64,000 bases of DNA. It comes from Sulfurimonas sp. GWF2_37_8 (lineage in GTDB: Bacteria > Campylobacterota > Campylobacteria > Campylobacterales > Sulfurimonadaceae). The notes below the pieces were generated by a model. The model had not been told where the DNA came from. It did no database searches and saw only the letters and a list, made by a program, of their open reading frames with translations. The stretch lies in contig MIBW01000008.1 of NCBI GenBank assembly GCA_001829625.1, positions 65,455 to 129,454 of the forward strand, given 5' to 3'. Below are positions 31,183-40,837 of the stretch, piece by piece. Position 1 is the stretch's first letter; each line of letters starts with the position of its first letter. The translations under genes and the position numbers were made by a program.

Positions 31183-32880
31183 ATGAAAAACATTCTGGAG
31201 GAGTATAATATGCAAAAAGATAAATGTATTTCTAAAATTAATTTAGACGAAATTCACTCTATCAATTATAAAACCAATACAGATTTACTAAAAGCCATTT
31301 TAGAGAGTTCTCCTAATATTATCGTTTTTGCTCTCGATACAGAGTATAATTATTTGGCTTTTAACTATGAGCATAAAAATGTTATGCAATTTATCTGGGG
31401 CAAAGAGATTGAACTTGGTATGAATATGATTGAAATCATCGCGAGAGAGGATGATCGACAAAAAGCGAAAGATTTTTTTGATAGAGCCATTAGGGGAGAA
31501 TATTTTATAAATGAAACAGAATATGGAAATGAAGCTTTGTCTAGGAAGTTTTGGCGAACCTATTATTCACCTATTTATGAGGATAACAAAAAAGATGTTA
31601 TTGGTCTGACATGTTTTAACCTAGACATCTCTGAACAAAAGTACAATGAAAGACAACTCTCTTTAGCCGATTTGGCATTAAATATTATCACAGATGCAAT
31701 TTATCTAATAAACGAAAAATATAAAATTATCTATGTTAATCAAGCTGCTTGTGACATGCTTGGGTATTCCAAATCAGAACTGCTTAGTAAAATGATTTTT
31801 GATATTGATCCGTTGGTAACGCCAGATGAAATAAATATCACTAAACAAACTACACTAACGAATAAAGTAGTACAGTTTGAAACGAAACATAAACGTCAAG
31901 ATGGTTCGATTTTTGATGTTGAAATTATCACATACCCCTATATGGATGGAGAGTTTTGTTTAAGCGTCGTAAAAGATAGTACAGAACGGAAAAAGAATGA
32001 AGAAAAACTAAAACTTCTGGCAAGCGTCTTTACCAGTGCAAAAGAGGGAATTGTTATTACTAACACAAAAGGGATAATTGTTGATGTGAATGAGGCATAC
32101 ACACTTATTACTGGGTATTCAAAAGATGAAATTGTAGGTCAAAATGCGGGATTTTTAAAATCAGACAAACATGACAAATCATTTTATAAAAATATGTGGA
32201 ATGAATTAATTCAAAACAAATATTGGATTGGGGAGATATGGAACAGACGAAAAAATGGGGAAATTTTTGTCGAAAGGCTTACGATATCTGCTATTAGTGA
32301 CTCGAATTCGAATATTTCCAGTTACGTGGGATTATTGACGGATATAACAACGGGGAAAGATTATGAATCTACCTTGGAGCGAATGGCTTTTTATGACTCT
32401 TTGACGGGATTACCGAATCGATTGTTGTTTGCTGAGAGGATCAATCAAGCAATGATGTTTTCAAAACGTTTAAAAACTATCATTGCAGTTTGCTATTTGG
32501 ATTTAGATGCATTTAAACCTGTCAATGACTGTTTTGGGCATAGTGCAGGGGATAAGTTGCTTATTGAGATTGCGAGACGTATGCAAAATCATGTTAGAGA
32601 GAGTGATACGGTAGCTAGAATAGGTGGAGATGAATTTGCAATATTGCTTTTAAATATTAATAGTATTGAGGAGTGTGAGAAGATTATTAGTAAAATGCTG
32701 GTCAGTATTAATGAAACATACATTCTCCCAAATAACAAAGGTGTTAATGTAACCGCAAGTATCGGAGTTGCCCTCTATCCGCAAGATAATGTAGCTTCCG
32801 ATATTTTACTCCGTCATGCAGATCAGGCGATGTATTTGGCAAAAGAGAGTGGGAAAAATAAGTATATATTTCACACATGA
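31183..32880 (+). CDS. Multi-PAS diguanylate cyclase
   Basis: Three PAS-like segments; YDSLTGLPNR, RESD I-site, intact GGDEF. Confidence 0.92.
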   Translation: MKNILEEYNMQKDKCISKINLDEIHSINYKTNTDLLKAILESSPNIIVFALDTEYNYLAFNYEHKNVMQFIWGKEIELGMNMIEIIAREDDRQKAKDFFDRAIRGEYFINETEYGNEALSRKFWRTYYSPIYEDNKKDVIGLTCFNLDISEQKYNERQLSLADLALNIITDAIYLINEKYKIIYVNQAACDMLGYSKSELLSKMIFDIDPLVTPDEINITKQTTLTNKVVQFETKHKRQDGSIFDVEIITYPYMDGEFCLSVVKDSTERKKNEEKLKLLASVFTSAKEGIVITNTKGIIVDVNEAYTLITGYSKDEIVGQNAGFLKSDKHDKSFYKNMWNELIQNKYWIGEIWNRRKNGEIFVERLTISAISDSNSNISSYVGLLTDITTGKDYESTLERMAFYDSLTGLPNRLLFAERINQAMMFSKRLKTIIAVCYLDLDAFKPVNDCFGHSAGDKLLIEIARRMQNHVRESDTVARIGGDEFAILLLNINSIEECEKIISKMLVSINETYILPNNKGVNVTASIGVALYPQDNVASDILLRHADQAMYLAKESGKNKYIFHT

Positions 32881-32911
32881 ATGAATGTGCAGTGTATAAT
32901 GCACTTTAAAA

Positions 32912-33001
32912 GCATAGAGTGTAGATTTTATAAGCGGGGTAGATAGCACTGATGATAAGGCTAGTGAGCTTTATGTTCGTTGTGTGAGAGCAGAACAGTA
33001 G
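32912..33001 (+). pseudogene. Orphan 3' end of an Lcl/DUF1566 gene (decayed variable-region copy)
   Basis: Reads A*SVDFISGVDSTDDKASELYVRCVRAEQ*, collinear codon-for-codon with the last 30 codons of the genes ending at 40197 and 40837. Confidence 0.8.
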
Positions 33002-33189
33002 TTTGGATTTTGGTCATTGCTAGTCGAAGACGAAGCAATCTAATTTAATTTAGTGCGTAATGAAAATTGTTCTACCTAAAAAATAATAGCCAGAGGGGTT
33101 ACTAAGTCCTTCCTCGTCACTGCGAATGCAATGAAGCAGTCCACTGCGTAAAAATAGATTGCCGCGCTTCGCTCGCAATGACAAAACTT
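32972..33189 (+). repeat. Direct repeat copy 1 (matches 40808-40945 plus 41187-41301)
   Basis: Shared blocks such as AGTCGAAGACGAAGCAATCTA, AAAAAATAATAGCCAGAGGGGTTACTAAG and TAAAAATAGATTGCCGCGCTTCGCTCGCAATGACAAAACTT. Confidence 0.92.
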
Positions 33190-33239
33190 TTTCGCTCATA
33201 ATGACAGGGCTCTTGCATCATAAGGGAAAAATAATTTAT

Positions 33240-33291
33240 GAAATATATTTCTTATTAAATTAAAAATATGCTATTGTATGAAATATATTTC
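33240..33291. promoter_or_regulatory. Two palindromic operators upstream of the hipB-like gene
   Basis: Perfect palindrome GAAATATATTTC at 33240-33251 and 33280-33291. Confidence 0.7.
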
Positions 33292-33307
33292 TCATTTAGG
33301 ATACAGT

Positions 33308-33553
33308 ATGACACTTCAAGAGTTAGGTTTAGAGATAAAACTTCTTAGAAAAGCAAAAAAATGGTCGCAAGACGATTTGCAAAATTACTCGGGAATCACT
33401 AAACGCACCATAAGTAAAATTGAAAATGGCTTTGTTGAAGAGATTGGTATTAAAAAAGTTGAGACAATTTTAGCCTTGTTAGGCTACGAGTTTTCTCTTC
33501 GAGAAAAAGGGCGACCAAGAACATTAGAAGAGTTGCAAAATGAACGAAAATAG
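33308..33553 (+). CDS. hipB: XRE/HTH antitoxin (HipB-like)
   Basis: LRKAKKWSQDDL...TISKIENG HTH; overlaps hipA; start at 33308 inferred. Confidence 0.8.
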   Translation: MTLQELGLEIKLLRKAKKWSQDDLQNYSGITKRTISKIENGFVEEIGIKKVETILALLGYEFSLREKGRPRTLEELQNERK

Positions 33554-34691
33554 TCTCAAAGTCTTTGTAAACAAGCAATATTCAGGTAATTTGACACATG
33601 AAGATGAGCAGTTTGTTTTCAACTATACAGATTCTGCAGAGTCTGTAGTCTCTTTGACCATGCCTAAACGCAGGGCTAGTTGGAACTCTAAAAAACTTCA
33701 TCCTATCTTTGAGATGAATATGCCAGAAGGTGCTTTAAGAGAAGCTATCAAAAATCACTTTGCAAAAATTTACAAGATGGATGATTTGAACTTTTTAAAA
33801 CTTATAGGTCCCTATGTATTGGGACGCGTAAAGTTTAATGAAATCATTGAGACAAAAGAAAATCTCAAACTTGATGCTATTTTACATAGTCCTAAAGAGA
33901 GACTTTTTGAAGAACTGATGCAAAAATTTGCCATTCGTTCCGGTGTTTCAGGGGTTCAGCCGAAGCTCTTGCTCACGGCTCAAAACAGAACTACCATGAA
34001 GTTTGAGCACTTCATAGTGAAATCTTGGGAAGCTTCCTACCCGCAGCTTGCACTCAATGAATACTTCTGTATGCGGGCCATCCAAAATGCCAACCTTCCA
34101 ACGCCAGAGTTTTATCTCAGTGATGATTTGTCTATGTTTATTATGAAACGCTTTGACATCAACGAAGATGAAAGTTACCTTGGTTTTGAAGATATGTGTG
34201 TTTTGAGTGCAAGAGGTACGGATGAAAAATACAACGGAAGTTATGAAGAGATAGTGCGAATCATAAAAGATGTAGTTGTGCCTCAAAAAAGAAAAGAGGC
34301 ACTTCGTGTCTTCTTTGGGGCACTTATTATGAACCATTTGCTGAGAAATGGCGATGGGCATTTGAAAAACTACGGTGTTTTGTATGAAAATGATTTTGAA
34401 GATACAAGACTTGCTCCAATTTACGATGTCATAACGACAACCATATACATACAAAATGACATTCCTGCACTTAAACTTAGTGATGGAAAAGTCTGGTTTA
34501 AAGAGAAAACGTACAAAGATTTTGCAACAAAAAGTTGTGGACTCATGACAAAAGAGTACCAAGAAATAGTACATATTTGCTACAACGCAATACTAAAGAC
34601 AAAAGAAGAGATAGATGCATATAAGAGCACAGACAAGGAAGTATCGGCATTTTTACAAAAGCTAAAAGATGCTTGGATGGAGAAAATATAA
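33540..34691 (+). CDS. hipA: HipA family kinase toxin
   Basis: SLTMP/MPEG N-domain, SGVQPK, NGDGHLKN, LAPIYD. Confidence 0.92.
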   Translation: MNENSLKVFVNKQYSGNLTHEDEQFVFNYTDSAESVVSLTMPKRRASWNSKKLHPIFEMNMPEGALREAIKNHFAKIYKMDDLNFLKLIGPYVLGRVKFNEIIETKENLKLDAILHSPKERLFEELMQKFAIRSGVSGVQPKLLLTAQNRTTMKFEHFIVKSWEASYPQLALNEYFCMRAIQNANLPTPEFYLSDDLSMFIMKRFDINEDESYLGFEDMCVLSARGTDEKYNGSYEEIVRIIKDVVVPQKRKEALRVFFGALIMNHLLRNGDGHLKNYGVLYENDFEDTRLAPIYDVITTTIYIQNDIPALKLSDGKVWFKEKTYKDFATKSCGLMTKEYQEIVHICYNAILKTKEEIDAYKSTDKEVSAFLQKLKDAWMEKI

Positions 34692-34699
34692 GGGGATTT

Positions 34700-34808
34700 A
34701 GATTGCTTCGTCGTTCCTCCTCGCAATGACGGCGTTTGTGTCATCGCGAGCAAATCTTCTGTCATCGCGAGCAAACCTCTCGTCATTGCGAGCGAAGCGC
34801 GGCAATCC
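34700..34808. repeat. Cluster of REP-like palindromic units (GTCATTGCG...GCAATC / GATTGC...CGCAATGAC)
   Basis: One reverse unit, two partial GTCATCGCGAGCAAA tandem copies and one full forward unit. Confidence 0.8.
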
Positions 34809-34941
34809 CGTTCCTCCCCAATCACAAAATGTGTAATTTTGAAACAAATAAAAAATCTACAACACAAGCCTCTACTGTATCAATTTATATACAATTGCAA
34901 TCCGTTAAAATAATACAAAATTTAACAAAAAAGGTTTTTAA

Positions 34942-37900
34942 ATGAAAACTGTTATCAAAAAATTATTTAGAGGGAGAGAGTTACTAGTTAAAGCACTACT
35001 CTTTATGATTGTGCCGTTTGTCATGATTGGCTGTAGCGGCGGAGGGGGAAGTTCTGATGCAGTTAGAGGTACACAGTACAATACAGGTGTTTTTTTAGAC
35101 AGTGCTGTAGAAGGTGTAAAATATAAAACTTCTTCTGGACTTGAAGGGTATACAAATATTAAAGGTGAATATCAGTATAAAACTGGAGACACAGTTGAGT
35201 TTTTAGTTGGAGATGTGTCTTTAGGAGAAGTGAATGCTAAAGATTTAGTTTCGGTTCTGGAACTTGATAGTGCTATTGAGGTTATGATGCTTTTACAAGC
35301 ACTAGACGATGATAAAAATCCAGATAATGGCATCAACATATCTAAAGAAACATTTAAATTGTTTACAAGTTCTGGTATTGATGTCAGTACTGTTAGTCCA
35401 GATGATGCAGATTTTTTGGCAAACTTTGAAAGTATTGCAAAAACTCCATTTGCTGTAAATTCAAACGATGCATTGGAGCACGCAAACTATTCGCTTATGT
35501 TAGAAAACTTAAAAGCAGTTAGTGAAAATCTTTATGATTATTATGTAGGTAATGTAAATATATATAATAATAATCCAATGATAAATCAAACCCTCTTGCA
35601 AACATCATCAACCAAAAGAGTTGCTCTTTATCACTATGCGTATGTAACGAAAATTGAACTTTCCCTTATGCAAATGAATGCCAAAGCAAGGATAGATGGT
35701 GATTTTGATTCATTAGAGTTACGCAGAAAAGCTATCGCAGATGCTGCAACAATTATGACTGAATCCCTTGCATTAGCAGCAAAAGACCCAAAAGATTTTT
35801 CTGTAGCACTTCATTTAGTTGATAGAACTAAAGACTATGCATCGGGGCAGCTTTTAGAGCATGGACAAAATATTATTGACGAGCAGTTTCCAAATGTTCC
35901 TGATGAAATAAAACAACCTTTATTTAGTGCGGTACAAAATGTATACTCATGTGCAGAAATGTTTGCAAAGCCTGATATGTCAAGTAAGTTAGGTTGTGCT
36001 ACTGCATTGGGAGCTGACGCCCTCAATATAGTAAATGATGCCCATTCATCTTGGGAGCTTTACGCATCTTCAAAAGCGTTAAACACGTTAACTGTTTTAG
36101 ATACTTATCTTACAGAGTATTTTTTAGCTGGTGAAGATTTAAACTTTTTGTACCAACGGTATGGTGTTAGTAGTGAAGAAGCTCTCATTGAAAAGTTAAA
36201 ATCAAAAGTTGGTGATTATAGCTTTGATTCAACATTATTCACAACACTAAAAGGTAACTTTATAGGTTCAGTTCGCAGCAAAACAGTTGACTACTTTAAC
36301 AAATACGGACTAAAGTATAACTATGATGTCGGTCAAAATATTGCTCTAAGTCCTCGCATTACAAAAGGAAAATATAATGTAGAAGATAATGCATTTTCCA
36401 TCTGTTATACAGCAAGTAATAGTTCTTATTTTTATCTGCAAAATATCTCTTTAAAAGTAGATATTTTTGATGGGGCTTCTACTCTTGGGGGTAAACAAGT
36501 CTCAATACCCTCAATGGGGCAAAGAAGTTCTTTGAATGAAAGTTGTATCAATATTCCACTCAATACAAATGTAAGTTTTAACAACAACTATTTTACGGCA
36601 AAAGCGACATTCAATTATACCGTCGAGAGTGTAGTAAATACAGTAGAAGCTTCACAAGTTATTTATCTATCTGAGGGAGATATTTTTGATATTTTAAAAC
36701 AGAGTGCTTATCCAAATGTTGTCATTGATACAACAGCAAGAGTAAAAGACAATGATGCATTGTTGATAACGGCATTTCAAAGCCATGTTGACTCTTCTCA
36801 GGGCACTTTGCTTTTTAACTGGAAGCAGGTAGATGTAAATGGGTATGAAGTAATTATACAAAATGCAACAACGCATACCCCAAACATCGCATTACCTTCT
36901 CTTCCTAGTGGCATACAGCAAAAAACTATATGGTTAGAACTAACTGCAACGGCTTCTTTAAGCAAAAAACAAACCATAAAAACAGTTAAAATTGTTGTTG
37001 ACTCTTCTATGGAAGCAAACATAGAACAACCCACAGCAAATGCTGGTATAGACGCCACGATAAACCTGAATGAAACTTACAGCTTTCACGCAACTAACGC
37101 AAATGTAAAGTACACAAAAGGTGACGAGAACATAGTCTGGATTTGGCTAAATGGAGCAGGAGAAATTATTAGTGGTGAGCAGGATTTTAACTATATTTTC
37201 AAAACACCTGGAAGTTATATATTTACACTTGAAGTAAGTGATAGTAATGTTTATAATGAAAATATCATCAGCAGAGATACTATCTCTATTACTGTAAATG
37301 GAATTGCTACTGAAAACAACGTACCGCAAGCCTCATCTCAGAGTGTTGGCTTGAGTGAGGGTGAATCTAAATTACTTACTCTTGCTGCAACGGATGCAGA
37401 TGCCGATAACTTGAGTTACCTAGTCGTGTCGCAGCCGTCTCATGGCACACTTAGTGGAGTCGCTCCTAACTTAACATACACTCCATATGTAGGCTATAGC
37501 GGAAGCGATAGTTTTACTTTCAAGGCTAATGATGGCAAAACAGACTCCAATGTTGCGACAGTGTCCTTAAATATTGCACAACTTTTATTTAAACAGATTG
37601 CGTTTATGAGCGAGTCTGCTCCGCTTGACAATAGTGTCATAGAAAGAGGAAGTAATTTTACAAAAACTTGGACATTTAAAAACAGTGGTAACCTTGACTT
37701 GGCAAGTGTGCATGTCGTCACCGTTAGTGCACCTACGGGGCTTCAAACAAGCGTGACTCAAAACGTTAACGGTTCGTTGGCGCAAAACGCTCAAACAAGT
37801 TATGCTTTAAGCATTGATGTACCGAGCTCTCTTGCTGAGGGAACGTATGAAGCTACGTTTAAACTTGCAGATGCAAACGGAGACTTGAAATACGCAAATG

Positions 37901-40197
37901 GTAATACAGCTGCTTTTTCTTATAAATTTGTAGTGGCAAAACCAAATGATTTTAAAGCACTTGCGTATCTTTCTTCGACTGTGTATCAGATGGGTGAAAA
38001 TGCTTTGCTGAGCATAGTCATAAACGATGGAAACAGCCCATATACTGCAACTGTCAGCTGGGGAGATGGGGCAACAACAACACAAGAGATACCAACAGCT
38101 TCTAATGCCATAAACCTTGCCCATGCTTACGCAAGTACAGGAAGTTATGTTGTAAATACGCAAGTAGTCGACGTAATGGGACAGAGTGCGAATGTTTCAA
38201 ATACACTTGAAGTGCTAGATGGAGTACAAAGCGTGACAAAATGGAGTGTTTCGGGGGCAAATCTTGAAACAAATACAAACACGCAAAATGTTCCTGTAGC
38301 AGTTACAGCACAAGATGGTTATGCAACGTATGATACATCTTGGACACCTCAAGAGAGTAGCCTTGATTATTGGCTGGCGTATAAATTGCCTGTGCCTGAT
38401 GGTGTATTTAAAATGAATAGAAAAATGCGTCTCACACTCGTCTCTAAAGCAGGAGAACTGCAAGACCACGACCGCGTTTTAACCTATGCTCTTTCAAATG
38501 GGAAAAGTTATGCCTATAACATTATGAGTAATATAAACGACGGGAGTGGATTTATTCGTACAAAAGATTTTCAAGGAAGTGACACAAAACGAGATGTAGC
38601 TTCGCTTACAGATAACGCTCTTGGTGTAATGATAAATCAACGAGCTTATGCGATTGAGAGTAGTTATGGCGGTACTTCCAACAGCGCAACACTGAGTGCA
38701 TTCAAATATGAAAACGCGACCTATACTCTTTTAAGTGGTTCAGGTACAGAACTAGATGCATCCGCAAGCCTCAAAGAAATAGCTATTAACTACAAAGGAA
38801 ACGGGACTTCTTATCTTCTCTTTTTAGAGTACGACAAAAATGGTGATGGCGTTTATAGCAGTGAAGAGAAAATTATTCTCAACACACAAACAATGGATGT
38901 TGACTGGTCTGCGTTTGTAGATGTTACACAAGAGGATATATCAGCAAAATTGCTAGATAAATCTTTCTACCAAAATTATTGCGGAAATGTGAGTGCTTTA
39001 ACATTTACAAGTGGCGGAGTAATAATAAACATAGATAGCGATGGAAATGAAAGTTCGCAAAATTATCGTATAGAGGGAAATACTCTTTATGTTGATTTTG
39101 ATCAGGGGGAAAAGGCTATTGTATTTCTAGAACAAACATCTGATTACATTAAAATGAGCTACGGTGCACCGATGTATTATAGTCAAACAGTAGCCCAACA
39201 AAACCCTGAAAATAGTGACTGTTCAGACACGTCAAACACTAAAGAAGCTATCAGTACCACATTAAATTGGAGTGGAACAATTCAATTTTTGGATGAAAAT
39301 AACAACCCTATAGCAATTCCATCGGATGCAAAATTGCGTATAACCCCTGATGTAGAACAAGTAGACGGAGCTTGGGGTGGCTTTGATATTATAATCAATA
39401 GCGATGGAACATGGAATACAAATACAGTTTATCCAAACACAGAAATGAACTTAACCAACTTTACATCTGCGCATACATATCAGTTTGCGGTGTATGCGGA
39501 TAGTAATAATAACAATAATTGGGACTCTACGGAAAAAGTTTATGGAGGGTTTATAGAAAACAATCCTTCTGAAGCTTTACTAAGTGATTTTAATAACCAA
39601 ACAGTTATGGTAACCATAAATACAACAGTATTGCAACTAAGTCAGGTGGTTGTCAAAAAAACAGGACAAACTAAAAGTTATGACGCAAATGGCAACGAAG
39701 TTACAGATGGAAGCCTAAAAGATGATGGTTACTATCAAAAAGGACTTACACAAAGCTACACAAGAGCCTCAGACACCGTCACAGATGAGCTCACAGGACT
39801 CATGTGGCAAGATGATGCAGCGGCAGCTTCAACAGCAAAACAGTGGCTTACAACCGATAACTACAACACATGTTCCAACGATACTTCATCCCCAGCATGT
39901 TACGACACCAGCGGAGACACGGCAGCTACTTACTGCTCAGAGCTAACTCTTGGTGGCTACACAGATTGGAGACTTCCTACTTCTATAGAACTTGAAGGTA
40001 TTTTGGACTATGGCAAAGTAAATCCAGCTATAGATACAACCTATTTTAACAATGTTAGCTCTAGCAGTTATTGGAGTTCTACTACCGGTGAGGGCTTTAA
40101 GGACGGTGCGTGGGCTGTGGGCTTCAACGGCGCCTATGTGGAGTACGGCGGTAAGGACGCTAACGGCTATGTTCGTTGTGCGAGAGTAGGAGAGTAG
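34942..40197 (+). CDS. 1751-aa surface lipoprotein with Ig-like/PKD stalk and C-terminal Lcl (DUF1566) domain; putative DGR target 1
   Basis: Lipobox MIGC; PKD/Big-like repeats; NBR1-Ig-like FTKTWTFKNSG; TGLMWQ, DWRLP, YWSST...YVRC. Confidence 0.85.
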   Translation: MKTVIKKLFRGRELLVKALLFMIVPFVMIGCSGGGGSSDAVRGTQYNTGVFLDSAVEGVKYKTSSGLEGYTNIKGEYQYKTGDTVEFLVGDVSLGEVNAKDLVSVLELDSAIEVMMLLQALDDDKNPDNGINISKETFKLFTSSGIDVSTVSPDDADFLANFESIAKTPFAVNSNDALEHANYSLMLENLKAVSENLYDYYVGNVNIYNNNPMINQTLLQTSSTKRVALYHYAYVTKIELSLMQMNAKARIDGDFDSLELRRKAIADAATIMTESLALAAKDPKDFSVALHLVDRTKDYASGQLLEHGQNIIDEQFPNVPDEIKQPLFSAVQNVYSCAEMFAKPDMSSKLGCATALGADALNIVNDAHSSWELYASSKALNTLTVLDTYLTEYFLAGEDLNFLYQRYGVSSEEALIEKLKSKVGDYSFDSTLFTTLKGNFIGSVRSKTVDYFNKYGLKYNYDVGQNIALSPRITKGKYNVEDNAFSICYTASNSSYFYLQNISLKVDIFDGASTLGGKQVSIPSMGQRSSLNESCINIPLNTNVSFNNNYFTAKATFNYTVESVVNTVEASQVIYLSEGDIFDILKQSAYPNVVIDTTARVKDNDALLITAFQSHVDSSQGTLLFNWKQVDVNGYEVIIQNATTHTPNIALPSLPSGIQQKTIWLELTATASLSKKQTIKTVKIVVDSSMEANIEQPTANAGIDATINLNETYSFHATNANVKYTKGDENIVWIWLNGAGEIISGEQDFNYIFKTPGSYIFTLEVSDSNVYNENIISRDTISITVNGIATENNVPQASSQSVGLSEGESKLLTLAATDADADNLSYLVVSQPSHGTLSGVAPNLTYTPYVGYSGSDSFTFKANDGKTDSNVATVSLNIAQLLFKQIAFMSESAPLDNSVIERGSNFTKTWTFKNSGNLDLASVHVVTVSAPTGLQTSVTQNVNGSLAQNAQTSYALSIDVPSSLAEGTYEATFKLADANGDLKYANGNTAAFSYKFVVAKPNDFKALAYLSSTVYQMGENALLSIVINDGNSPYTATVSWGDGATTTQEIPTASNAINLAHAYASTGSYVVNTQVVDVMGQSANVSNTLEVLDGVQSVTKWSVSGANLETNTNTQNVPVAVTAQDGYATYDTSWTPQESSLDYWLAYKLPVPDGVFKMNRKMRLTLVSKAGELQDHDRVLTYALSNGKSYAYNIMSNINDGSGFIRTKDFQGSDTKRDVASLTDNALGVMINQRAYAIESSYGGTSNSATLSAFKYENATYTLLSGSGTELDASASLKEIAINYKGNGTSYLLFLEYDKNGDGVYSSEEKIILNTQTMDVDWSAFVDVTQEDISAKLLDKSFYQNYCGNVSALTFTSGGVIINIDSDGNESSQNYRIEGNTLYVDFDQGEKAIVFLEQTSDYIKMSYGAPMYYSQTVAQQNPENSDCSDTSNTKEAISTTLNWSGTIQFLDENNNPIAIPSDAKLRITPDVEQVDGAWGGFDIIINSDGTWNTNTVYPNTEMNLTNFTSAHTYQFAVYADSNNNNNWDSTEKVYGGFIENNPSEALLSDFNNQTVMVTINTTVLQLSQVVVKKTGQTKSYDANGNEVTDGSLKDDGYYQKGLTQSYTRASDTVTDELTGLMWQDDAAAASTAKQWLTTDNYNTCSNDTSSPACYDTSGDTAATYCSELTLGGYTDWRLPTSIELEGILDYGKVNPAIDTTYFNNVSSSSYWSSTTGEGFKDGAWAVGFNGAYVEYGGKDANGYVRCARVGE

Positions 40198-40200
40198 TTT
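40056..40200 (+). repeat. Putative DGR variable region 1
   Basis: Ungapped match to 40696-40840 with 35 mismatches, 33 of them at codon positions 1-2. Confidence 0.8.
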
Positions 40201-40208
40201 TGATTTTT

Positions 40209-40268
40209 GTCATTGCGAACGAAGTGAAGCAATCTATGCGTTCAGATTGCTTTGTGCCTCGCAATGAC
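40209..40268. repeat. REP-like hairpin immediately after VR1
   Basis: GTCATTGCG...AAGCAATCT-N8-AGATTGCTT...CGCAATGAC. Confidence 0.8.
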
Positions 40269-40446
40269 GGAAGAAGATGTCATTACAAGAACCAAAAAAG
40301 GTAAAATGAGCCTTGAAGAGATAAAACAATTTTTGTCTATCCAAGCTTCATTTGTAGGGCATATAAAGCACGCAAATAGCTATAACTTAATGAAAAAAAT
40401 AGGAGTGATAAATGAGAGTAATCCTTTTGATTATAATAGGGCTTAG
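40269..40446 (+). pseudogene. C-terminal remnant of a DGR-type reverse transcriptase
   Basis: GKMSLEEIKQFLSIQASFVGHIKHANSYNLMKKI resembles the S(W/Y/F)xGHxKHA(N/D)(S/T)Y end of DGR RTs; no catalytic YxDD region remains. Confidence 0.7.
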
Positions 40447-40837
40447 CCTGCTTCATGCAGAACTAACAAGAGATAGTGCTACAAGCGTAGTGAGCGATAG
40501 TGTGAGTAGCTTGCAGTGGCAAGATGATGTGATTGGTAGCACCATCGCATGGCAAAGCGCAATAGACAGATGTGAGAATTTGGTTTTAGGTGGGCAGAGT
40601 GATTGGCGACTACCAAATATCAATGAGTTAAAAACTATTATAGACAGAAGCAGAGCAAATCCAGCTATTGCAATGGCATTTACACATACACAAACTAGCT
40701 CTAGCTATTATTGGAGTTCTACTACCAATGAGAACTATAAGAACAATGCGTGGTATGTGTACTTCGGCCGCGGCGCTGTGAACAACGGCAATAAGAGCAA
40801 TAACTATTATGTTCGTTGTGTGAGAGCAGGACAGTAG
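40412..40837 (+). CDS. Secreted stand-alone Lcl (DUF1566) protein; putative DGR target 2
   Basis: AGGAG RBS, signal peptide, LQWQD, DWRLPNINEL, YWSST...YVRCVR. Confidence 0.88.
   Translation: MRVILLIIIGLSLLHAELTRDSATSVVSDSVSSLQWQDDVIGSTIAWQSAIDRCENLVLGGQSDWRLPNINELKTIIDRSRANPAIAMAFTHTQTSSSYYWSSTTNENYKNNAWYVYFGRGAVNNGNKSNNYYVRCVRAGQ

Noticed and set aside
33040-33106. c-di-GMP-I riboswitch (suggested by TAGCCAGAGGGGTTAC near a GGDEF gene)
   Set aside because: The 5' GGCAAA/GAAA tetraloop stem is missing. The sequence is better explained as one arm of the hairpin downstream of the candidate toxin ORF.
34700-34808. CRISPR array
   Set aside because: The units are short, degenerate, in both orientations, lack unique 30-40 nt spacers, and no cas genes are present. 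They are REP-like.
33948-34945. ORFs 33948-34574(-), 34580-34867(-) and 34736-34945(+)
   Set aside because: These are an antisense shadow of hipA or translations of the REP cluster. Other short ORFs nested in confident genes were rejected for the same reason.
40252-40446. 64-aa ORF as a real stand-alone gene
   Set aside because: Its start lies inside a REP palindrome with no RBS; treated as an RT remnant.
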